Part shown: in pieces, positions 24,125-31,563 of the stretch
Numbering within the stretch: position 1 is the first letter of the stretch
How the letters are laid out: each line of letters opens with the position of its first letter
Assembly (NCBI GenBank): GCA_045652085.1
Contig: JAZRTR010000043.1
Location: forward strand, 3,613-67,612
Length of the DNA: 64,000 nt
DNA from: Akkermansia sp.
GTDB lineage: Bacteria > Verrucomicrobiota > Verrucomicrobiia > Verrucomicrobiales > Akkermansiaceae
Direction of reading: 5' to 3'
Translations under genes and position numbers: made by a program
The notes under the pieces: generated by a model
Told to the model about the DNA's origin: nothing
Database searches by the model: none
What the model saw: the letters and a program-made list of their open reading frames with translations, nothing else

Positions 24125-24892
24125 TTATTCCGCCTGCCAGTCGATGACGATTTCGGCGCGGAGCTCACCCCCGCTGACGATGCTGTGCTGTGTCTGCATG
24201 CCGGCGAGTCGGTGCTCGATGGTGATGGGCGCACCGGCGAAGGTTTCGCGCTTGAAGTTGATGCGGATTCGGCGGGGAGCCGAGCCGGGTTCCATGCCTT
24301 CCGGTAGCGTTTCGAGAGCCCAGATGAGGTAGGAGCCGTTGTTGATGTGGCCATTGAAGTCCACATCGCGGCGGGGGGCTATCATCTCTACTGTTTCCGT
24401 GCGTTCAAATTCTTTTGCGACCTCCAGCGGGGTGGAGATGAGGGCCGGGCACTCATCCGGCATCTGTGCCATGGCTCGCTTCAGGGGGATGGGGCGGCGG
24501 CTGTTGACATCGATAAGCACCCACATCAGATCAGCGCGGGCGATGACGTTGCCCTCCTTATCACTCATCTCCACAAAGCGGCGAGCCTGCAGAGCGCTGG
24601 CCTTGCCGGTGTTGGAGCGCAGGGTGACTTCTTCCTTCCAAGACGGGCGGCGTACAAACTCGAAATCGCCCTGAACTTCCACCCAAATCATCCCGTTGCT
24701 GATGCTCCATTCGTAGCCCAAGTTGTTGCCGGAGGCGTGGGTTTCCGCCACTTCCTGACAGAAGTGCATGAAGCTGGCCGGCTTGAGTAAGTGGTCTGCT
24801 CCGCATTCGTAACTGGTGACGCTGTGCTGAAGGTTGATGTCTTCCATAGAGTTAACTCTATCATTTAGGCGTGCTTCCGTCAAGTATAACAT
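24125..24892 (-). CDS. acyl-ACP thioesterase (FatA/FatB-like double hot-dog)
   Basis: SYECGADHLLKPASFMHFCQEVAETHA...GMIWVEVQGDFEFVRRPSWKEEVTLRSN...ADLMWVLIDVNSRRPIPL and a second hot-dog with DVDFNGHINNGSYLIW. Alternative start at 24847 (MEDIN). Confidence 0.8.
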   Translation of the reverse strand: MLYLTEARLNDRVNSMEDINLQHSVTSYECGADHLLKPASFMHFCQEVAETHASGNNLGYEWSISNGMIWVEVQGDFEFVRRPSWKEEVTLRSNTGKASALQARRFVEMSDKEGNVIARADLMWVLIDVNSRRPIPLKRAMAQMPDECPALISTPLEVAKEFERTETVEMIAPRRDVDFNGHINNGSYLIWALETLPEGMEPGSAPRRIRINFKRETFAGAPITIEHRLAGMQTQHSIVSGGELRAEIVIDWQAE

Positions 24893-24940
24893 TTTGAATG
24901 CACTTGACTTTCTTTCGGGGGGCGTATATCATGATGACCG

Positions 24941-25618
24941 ATGAAATTGTATATCCCGTTGATATTTGCTCTTCTGTGCAGCTCATGTGTGAGCCGGCTC
25001 TGTGTACCTGTTCGCGCGTTGGGGGAGAGTGGTGATGGGGTGGTAAGTAGGGTGGAGCTGGAGCGTAATCCGTGGATGCCTGTTCAAATAAGCAGTGCTC
25101 CGGATTTGCGGCTCATGCGCGTGGGGAGTGATTATTATATTGAGGGCGTTCGTACGAAGTTTAGCCGGAGGTACGATTTTCCGTATGCCAGTATGGCAGG
25201 GCTGGGATTGAGTGACAAAAGCCCTGATTATGTGCCTACCAGTGGGGATGAGCGTGTGACTGTATGGCGGCGTGTAGCAGTGCGTCAGGGACGATATGCG
25301 GGACCGGTGAAGGGATGTGGCTGGGTGGATTCTTTACCTGCCGGTGCGGTGCCGGTGATGGTTGCGGGGTATGGTGATGTGCTTTGTGACCGGGAGCTGA
25401 GTGAGCATGGGCCGCAGCATACGGATTGGCATGCTGTGTATGCGTATCCCTTGGCCGCAGCTACTGCCGTAGGGGTGGATTTGCCCTGCACGGTTTTGGG
25501 AAGTACGATGATTGGTATAGCCGTTGTCTGGGTGGAAATCCGGGATATTTTCAGCTCGTCAAAGCGGCGCCACCTGAGGTCTGCATCGCAAATTGATGCA
25601 GCAAGCGGAACTGATTAA
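24941..25618 (+). CDS. hypothetical lipoprotein with C-terminal TM segment
   Basis: Lipobox-like MKLYIPLIFALLCSSC. Hydrophobic segment AVYAYPLAAATAVGVDLPCTVLGSTMIGIAVVWV near the C-terminus. Confidence 0.5.
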   Translation: MKLYIPLIFALLCSSCVSRLCVPVRALGESGDGVVSRVELERNPWMPVQISSAPDLRLMRVGSDYYIEGVRTKFSRRYDFPYASMAGLGLSDKSPDYVPTSGDERVTVWRRVAVRQGRYAGPVKGCGWVDSLPAGAVPVMVAGYGDVLCDRELSEHGPQHTDWHAVYAYPLAAATAVGVDLPCTVLGSTMIGIAVVWVEIRDIFSSSKRRHLRSASQIDAASGTD

Positions 25619-25622
25619 TGGT

Positions 25623-26225
25623 TTACCCCTGAGATACGGCAAATGATAAGCCGCGCAGCGTAGCCTGCTCCATGTTCAGCCCTCGCACCAGAGCACGGAG
25701 CAGAGCTAAGGAGCCAGCGGCGTCATACAAGGCATCGTGCCAGGTTTTTCCGGGAACAAGGGCGGACACTTCGGGCGTAATACCCAGCGCATCACACACG
25801 GTGCCGAGTGAGTGGTCCTGCAAGGAGGGCAGTGCTTTACGTGCTAGTGCCAGCGTGTCGAGCCAAGGGCCGAAGCCGTGGCCGGGGAAGGCACCGAGGA
25901 AGCGCTGCTCGGTGGATGGATTATGGCCCAGCACCACGCAGCCGGAAAGCAGGCGGCGCAGGTCACACCACAACTCGGTGAAGTGCGGGGCGTCTTGCAG
26001 CATGGCTGTTGTGATGCCGTGCACTTTGGCTGCGTTCCAGCGTACGGGGCGGTCGCAGGCTATGTAGGAGGTAAAGATTTCCTCTTCGCCAAACAGGCTG
26101 TTCACCCGCACAATGCCTACCTGTACGGGCTGGTCAGTCTCGCCGGGGGCAGCCCCGGCGGACTCAAAATCAATGGCGGCTATGGGCAGCAGCGCCAGTG
26201 GGCAATCCATCAGCTGCGAACCCAT
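25623..26225 (-). CDS. DEDDh 3'-5' exonuclease (DnaQ/epsilon-like)
   Basis: Exo I AAIDFESAG, Exo II region VVLGHNPSTEQRFL, Exo III WHDALYDAAGSLALL. Start overlaps the upstream gene end. Confidence 0.7.
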   Translation of the reverse strand: MGSQLMDCPLALLPIAAIDFESAGAAPGETDQPVQVGIVRVNSLFGEEEIFTSYIACDRPVRWNAAKVHGITTAMLQDAPHFTELWCDLRRLLSGCVVLGHNPSTEQRFLGAFPGHGFGPWLDTLALARKALPSLQDHSLGTVCDALGITPEVSALVPGKTWHDALYDAAGSLALLRALVRGLNMEQATLRGLSFAVSQG

Positions 26226-27529
26226 GCGCGTGCTTTCTGGATTTCGGTATACAGGGCATCGTAATCGCAGGTGAGGAACTTGCCATCGCGGTAGAGCTCC
26301 TTGCCATCCACCACGGTGAGTTTGTTCTCAGCGCCGGTGGCGGCGTACACGATGTTGGACACGATGTTGTGCACGGGCTGCATGTTGGGGGCGCTGAGGT
26401 CCAAGGCGATGAAGTCTGCCTTCATGCTGGGCTCCAGCGTGCCGATGTGCGGATCATGCAGGGCTGCGGAGCCGCCACGGGTGGCGAAATCCAGAGCCAT
26501 CTGTGCGGGGCAGGCTGTGGGGGAGAGGGCATGCACTTTGTGAAGAAGGCTGGCCACGTACATTTCGCGCAGCATGTTCTGGGCGTTGTTGCTGGCGGGG
26601 CCATCAGTACCCAGAGCCACGGGAATACGGTAGTTCTGCAGTTTCTCAACGGGAGCCACGCCGCTGGCCAGTTTCATGTTGGAGGAGGGATTGTGCACCA
26701 CGGTGCAGTGGCCTTCTGACAGGAGTTCCATGTCCTTCTCATCTGCGTGCACGACATGGAAGAACGTGCTGCCGGGCTGCAGCAGACCGAGGCTCTGGCA
26801 GTAGGGGATGGGGCGCATGCCGAACTCCTTCAGGCAGGTCTGGGTTTCCGCCTCTGTTTCTGCAAGGTGCATGCCGAAGAGTGCCCCATTTTCCTCAGCG
26901 AGAGCATAGCATTGCTTCAACAGCTCAGGATTCGTGGTATAGGGGGCGTGAGGCACGATAGCCTGACGGATGCGGGGGTGATTGCGCCATGCGTCTGCCT
27001 GAGCGCGAACGAGGTCGAAGTAGGCCTCCTTGTCCTTGCAGGAAAGGCTGGGGAAGAACTGAGTAGTGCTTTCACCCAGCACGGCTCGCATGCCCATGGA
27101 GTCTGCCGCGCGGAAGACGGAATCCTCAATCATGTACATGTCGTAGAAGGCTGTGGTGCCGCTGCGTATCATTTCAGCCAAGCTGAAACGGGCGCCCAGC
27201 TCCACGAGCTCGGGTGTGAGTTTGGCTTCCTGCGGGAAGATATCCTGAGTGAGCCAGTCCATGAGGGCCTTGTCATCCGAGTAGCCGCGCAGGAGGCTCA
27301 TGGGGATATGCGTGTGGGCATTGATGAGGCCGGGCATGATGACGGCATTACCCAGATCCACACGGCGGGCATCCGGGTAAAGGATTTCCAGTATATCAGC
27401 GTGACCTACACAGATGATACGGTTGCCGCTTACGGCGATGGCGCCATTTTCGATAATATCGCGGGCGTCATTCTGGGTGACGACCCAAGCCGCAGTATAA
27501 AGGGAATCACAGGTGTTGCTGCTGTTCAT
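26210..27529 (-). CDS. mtaD: amidohydrolase, 5-methylthioadenosine/S-adenosylhomocysteine deaminase-like
   Basis: PGLINAHTHIPMSLLRGYSDDKALMDWL, MHLAETEAE, VVHNPSSNMKLASG, GTDGPASNN: metal-dependent deaminase pattern of the MtaD/SsnA group. Confidence 0.65.
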   Translation of the reverse strand: MNSSNTCDSLYTAAWVVTQNDARDIIENGAIAVSGNRIICVGHADILEILYPDARRVDLGNAVIMPGLINAHTHIPMSLLRGYSDDKALMDWLTQDIFPQEAKLTPELVELGARFSLAEMIRSGTTAFYDMYMIEDSVFRAADSMGMRAVLGESTTQFFPSLSCKDKEAYFDLVRAQADAWRNHPRIRQAIVPHAPYTTNPELLKQCYALAEENGALFGMHLAETEAETQTCLKEFGMRPIPYCQSLGLLQPGSTFFHVVHADEKDMELLSEGHCTVVHNPSSNMKLASGVAPVEKLQNYRIPVALGTDGPASNNAQNMLREMYVASLLHKVHALSPTACPAQMALDFATRGGSAALHDPHIGTLEPSMKADFIALDLSAPNMQPVHNIVSNIVYAATGAENKLTVVDGKELYRDGKFLTCDYDALYTEIQKARAWVRS

Positions 27530-27550
27530 GGCAGATAGATACTATGAAAA

Positions 27551-28150
27551 TCAGAACCAGAAGAGGATGGCACATGTAGTGACAGCTATGCCGTAAATCA
27601 GCCCGAACACATTGCTGTACTTGTAAAGCGCGGGCATGGTCACATAACGGGCTGCCCAGTCACGGAAGAGGTAGGGCTTGCCTACCCAGAACATGGCTAC
27701 CGTAAGTACCGGATACCACCAGATGGGAATGAGCAGGCGCGTGACGGGGGCTTTCAGGAAGGCGGCCGTGAGGGGCACGATAGCTGCCATCAGCAGGAAA
27801 AAGCCCAGCGCTCTTGGGAAAAGAAGGTTCTTTTTCTGCCCGTACAAGATGAACCAGACAATCGGGCAAAGAATGATGAGGATGCTGCGGAAGGCATTGA
27901 AGTCAAACAGATTCATGCGCAGCGGATTCCAGCTTACATCCAGCAGGAGCAGGAAAAGCCAGATGAAATCTACCGTAAGAAGCACCTTGCCGGCTTTATC
28001 ATTCTTAGCAGCTTTGCTCAGAGCTTGCTTTGTGGCTTCGGGGTTCAGTAGGGCATAAGCATGCAGGGCTATGAGGATAAGCCCCATGATGAGCCCGGCC
28101 CAGCCGAGCGGCAGCTTTTCGTAAGCGTGTAATACTTTGTCGTACATCAT
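27551..28150 (-). CDS. hypothetical polytopic membrane protein
   Basis: Five to six hydrophobic helices. No motif recognised. Confidence 0.5.
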   Translation of the reverse strand: MMYDKVLHAYEKLPLGWAGLIMGLILIALHAYALLNPEATKQALSKAAKNDKAGKVLLTVDFIWLFLLLLDVSWNPLRMNLFDFNAFRSILIILCPIVWFILYGQKKNLLFPRALGFFLLMAAIVPLTAAFLKAPVTRLLIPIWWYPVLTVAMFWVGKPYLFRDWAARYVTMPALYKYSNVFGLIYGIAVTTCAILFWF

Positions 28151-28220
28151 GTCCGCCTTCCATACTATACGTTTCGCGCGCGTAAGGCAAGCGCAATCTC
28201 AGCCATCAGAGTGGCAAATA

Positions 28221-29117
28221 TCAATTCGCGTTTTGCTGCAGGAACTCTTCGATGCCGTAGGTGGGGTAACGCAGGCTGTTGCGGCGGAAGAGGCGCAGCT
28301 GGCGGATGGCCCGTTCTTTGGTGTGGAAAAGCTGCTCTATGCTCAGCCTTTCTGATTCAGGAAGATTTAGCTTGTTTTGCAGTGCGAAAATGAGCGTACG
28401 GACCGCTGGAACGTGGTTCTGCGGGTCAGCAAAAAGTTCGTAGCCCAGAGCGAGTGCTTCTTCTTCCATCCCTCTAACGCGGCACATATTATAGAAGCGC
28501 ATTCGCTTATAAATAGTGGGGGCTCCCAGTTCCACCGCTCGGGCGTATGCCTCTGCGGCTTTGGCAAACTCGGGGCGGCGGTAAAGATCGCTGTAGAAAT
28601 CTCCCAATCGGGCGTAGAGCAGGGGGCTATTAGGATTGTTGGCGATGCCCTGCAGCAGGAAGTTTTCTCCACTTTTGATGTAATGGTGCACTTGCACCGC
28701 CTGCTCATGCCCGTCCATCCGCTCATTGCTCAGGTAATCACCGGCTGCGTTTGTAGCCATTTCTCGGGAGGCCGCTGCCCAGTAATTCTCACGGCGGGGA
28801 GCTAGTGTGGTGATAGTACCCCAGAGGGATTCTGCTTGTGGCCAGTCTCGCTTGAGCCAGGCGCGGGTGGCCTCCAGAGTGGTGATTTCAGCCGCAAGGG
28901 AGCGCAGGCCTCCCAGAATGAAGAAGGCGAGCTGCTGGGAGAGGGCGTCTCGGCGAGATATGGATGGCGGGGGCAGTTTGAGACCCTGCCTATATTGGGC
29001 TGCGCTAATGGCTTCGGTGATGGGCTGAAGTATCAGCCCCCCCAAGAGCAGGAGTGCCGTGGCTGTCAGTATTCTGCCGCTCTTGCGGAAAAAAGGCTGT
29101 CTGAGGATGGATGTCAT
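28221..29117 (-). CDS. membrane-anchored TPR-like protein (hypothetical)
   Basis: N-terminal TM ILTATALLLLGGLILQPI. Helical repeats such as YARLGDFYSDLYRRPEFAKAAEAYARAVELG. Confidence 0.5.
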   Translation of the reverse strand: MTSILRQPFFRKSGRILTATALLLLGGLILQPITEAISAAQYRQGLKLPPPSISRRDALSQQLAFFILGGLRSLAAEITTLEATRAWLKRDWPQAESLWGTITTLAPRRENYWAAASREMATNAAGDYLSNERMDGHEQAVQVHHYIKSGENFLLQGIANNPNSPLLYARLGDFYSDLYRRPEFAKAAEAYARAVELGAPTIYKRMRFYNMCRVRGMEEEALALGYELFADPQNHVPAVRTLIFALQNKLNLPESERLSIEQLFHTKERAIRQLRLFRRNSLRYPTYGIEEFLQQNAN

Positions 29118-29126
29118 GCTCGGGAA

Positions 29127-30059
29127 TTAGGCTTGGCGGGGGTAACGTTCTTCCAGCCGGGCTTGGATGTCGGCACAGAGGCGCTCCCATTCCGGTACGT
29201 TAGCGCCTGCTTCTCTGGCCCGTGCCAGCGGGGTACCCCAGATGGCATCATATTCTACCGGGCGGTGGCGGTTATAATCCACTGCGCTGCTGGGAATGAA
29301 GTCACCCATTCTGGAGGTTTGTTCCATTTGGCGTGTGATGATTTCCTGCGGCAGGGGGAAGCCTCTCAGCTCAGCGGTGCGGCAGACTTCATTCATGATA
29401 GCGCGGGCGCGTTCGGGTTCGCCGGGCATGCTGAAGAGCTGGCGTATGCTGATGCCTCCATGGGCCAGACAGAGCCCGTTAAAGGGGATGTTCCATGAAA
29501 GCTTAGTCCAGAGAATTTGCTCTGCATGCAGGGCTGCCCGCGTTTCCACCGGGGTGCCGTCGAAAAGGCTAGCCAGCTCCTCTGCCTGAACTAGCCCTTC
29601 TTCTGAAGGCTGAAGCGGAGCAAACTGGATGGCTCCGCCTTCCAAGTGGGTGATGACGCCGGGAGTGTCCATCATGGCGCACACAAAGCAGAGGCCGATG
29701 AAGACTCGCTCCGGGTCTACAACTTCTGCGATAGCTTCCGCATTGCCCATGCCGTTCTGGAAGGTAAGTACGCGGGTGTTCTCCTTCAGCAGCGGGGGAA
29801 GCGCGTTGGGTAGCAGGGAGTTGCAGGTGGTTTTCCAGCTGACGATAACCAAATCCACCGGGCCACATTCTTCCGGAGCCCGGAAGATGCTTGGTGTTTG
29901 TAGGCGTATATCACCATACACGCTATTTACCTGTAGGCCGTTTTTGCGTACCGGCTCGTAGGCAGAGCGCAGGATGAAGTTGACATCGTGCCCAGCTTCT
30001 GCCAGCCGCGCTCCATAGTAACATCCGAGTGCTCCGGCACCTAATATGGCTATCTTCAT
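29127..30059 (-). CDS. panE: 2-dehydropantoate 2-reductase
   Basis: MKIAILGAGALGCYYGARLAEAGHDVNFILRS Rossmann N-terminus. KTT...; ApbA/PanE C-terminal helical domain. Confidence 0.85.
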   Translation of the reverse strand: MKIAILGAGALGCYYGARLAEAGHDVNFILRSAYEPVRKNGLQVNSVYGDIRLQTPSIFRAPEECGPVDLVIVSWKTTCNSLLPNALPPLLKENTRVLTFQNGMGNAEAIAEVVDPERVFIGLCFVCAMMDTPGVITHLEGGAIQFAPLQPSEEGLVQAEELASLFDGTPVETRAALHAEQILWTKLSWNIPFNGLCLAHGGISIRQLFSMPGEPERARAIMNEVCRTAELRGFPLPQEIITRQMEQTSRMGDFIPSSAVDYNRHRPVEYDAIWGTPLARAREAGANVPEWERLCADIQARLEERYPRQA

Positions 30060-30223
30060 GCCCGGAATTGTAGCATTCCGTGCTTATTTTTGCAATAAAA
30101 TTTGCATTTTATGGCAGGCACACACACTTTAGCCTTGCCAACTCGTGCGGAAAGCGTTATTAATTAGCGCGTATCTCATCAATATCGGGCAGGCTCACTG
30201 CCCTACAAACACAAACCAGAACC

Positions 30224-30373
30224 ATGGGTCAACAGCACCGTAAGGAAACGAAGCGCCGCCGTCGCAGCGCCTACATCAAGCGCCAGAAGGAAATCGCCAA
30301 GAACAGCAAGAACACTGCTCCCGTGCAGCTTGCTACCAAGGTAGTTAAGGCAGAGGATGCCGCTAAAGCCTAA
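30224..30373 (+). CDS. unlisted 49-aa highly basic small protein
   Basis: Below the ORF-track cutoff. MGQQHRKETKRRRRSAYIKRQKEIAKNSKNTAPVQLATKVVKAEDAAKA. Codon choice resembles the neighbouring highly expressed genes. Followed by its own terminator at 30421-30455. Confidence 0.5.
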   Translation: MGQQHRKETKRRRRSAYIKRQKEIAKNSKNTAPVQLATKVVKAEDAAKA

Positions 30374-30420
30374 TGCGTGGCTTGATTTTTGTCTCATTAG
30401 AGAACATCTTAACTGAAAAA

Positions 30421-30455
30421 CCCGACGTCGCGATTCTGTGACGCCGGGTTTTTTA
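30421..30455 (+). terminator. Rho-independent terminator after the small basic ORF
   Basis: CCCGACGTC-loop-GACGCCGGG (8/9 pairs) followed by TTTTTT. Confidence 0.65.
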
Positions 30456-30613
30456 TGTCTACATGCGGAGGTGTTTTTTTGTATTTGCAATATTTTCGGA
30501 GGTGAAAAGAAATAATGAAAAATAATTGTTGAAAAGTGTTGACAAAATGAAAAAAAGCAGATACAAGTTGCGCCGTTGACACGAACCACCAATAATTAGT
30601 CACGCAAATACTG

Positions 30614-31462
30614 ATGAAAAGTCTTTCTGTCATTACGCTTCTGTTGGCAACCCTGATTGTTTCGGGGTTCTCTTCCTGTACTCAGGTGTCTCCTCAGCTG
30701 CGCGCTCAGATTAACTCTGCTGAAGCCGCTCTGGAGGCCTCGCCTGCACCTGAGGCTCTTCCTTACGTTTCAGGTTCTTACGAACACTTTATTTGCAGCA
30801 ATGGTTATCCCACAACCATGGAGATTTACCGCAATGAGGAACTGTTGAAGCGTGCAAATCGTAACAGCAGGGTACATATTTGCCTTGCCCAGCAGCGCGG
30901 ACGCCTGTACGTGAATGGTCAGGTGGCTGCGGATTGGCCTGTTTCCACCGGTACAGATGGGCATGAGACTCCCACTGGTTCTTATGAGGTGATTGAAATG
31001 CGTCGTGATCACGCGTCCAATCTCTATGGTAATATTCGTGATGCTAGCGGCCGCATGGTGAAGCGCAATGCTGATTCCTCCTGCGATGTTGTTCCTGAAG
31101 GTGGCACCTTTGAGGGCTCTCCTATGCCGAATTGGATGCGCCTGACTTGGGATGGCTTGGGAATTCATACCGGTAAGGTGAGCGCTGGACAGCGCCTGTC
31201 TCATGGCTGTATTCGCACCCCTAATTCCATGGCTGCTGAGCTTTTCGGTATTGCAGGAATGGGGACAAAGGTAGAAGTCGCTGATGAGGTGGAGTCCTGC
31301 TTCCCTATCCCTCATATTCTGGTATTTAGCGCCGAGTATCAGGCTATTCTCAAGACGCATACGGATGCTCGGGATAACCTGAATAGATTGCGCCTGCAGG
31401 CTCAGGCTGAGCTTGCTGCACGCAGAAATGGCACATTTAGAGAGGAAAATTCGGCCAGTTAA
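30614..31462 (+). CDS. lipoprotein L,D-transpeptidase (YkuD domain), paralog 1
   Basis: Lipobox LLATLIVSGFSSC. YkuD core ICLAQQRGRLYVNGQVAADWPVSTG...ETPTGSYEV...LGIHTGKVSAGQRLSHGCIRTP (catalytic His...SHGC). Confidence 0.85.
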   Translation: MKSLSVITLLLATLIVSGFSSCTQVSPQLRAQINSAEAALEASPAPEALPYVSGSYEHFICSNGYPTTMEIYRNEELLKRANRNSRVHICLAQQRGRLYVNGQVAADWPVSTGTDGHETPTGSYEVIEMRRDHASNLYGNIRDASGRMVKRNADSSCDVVPEGGTFEGSPMPNWMRLTWDGLGIHTGKVSAGQRLSHGCIRTPNSMAAELFGIAGMGTKVEVADEVESCFPIPHILVFSAEYQAILKTHTDARDNLNRLRLQAQAELAARRNGTFREENSAS

Positions 31463-31509
31463 GCAAAATCCTAGTTGAAAATCAACTAATTGGATTGACA
31501 TACGGCTTT

Positions 31510-31555
31510 GATAATGGTACAGTTTCGAGAAGAAACTGTACCATTATCCTTATTT
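31510..31555 (+). terminator. 17-bp perfect hairpin with T-rich tail between L,D-transpeptidase paralogs 1 and 2
   Basis: GATAATGGTACAGTTTC-GAGAA-GAAACTGTACCATTATC then CTTATTT. Ends 9 nt before the ATG of the next gene. Confidence 0.55.
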
Positions 31556-31563
31556 GACATTTC

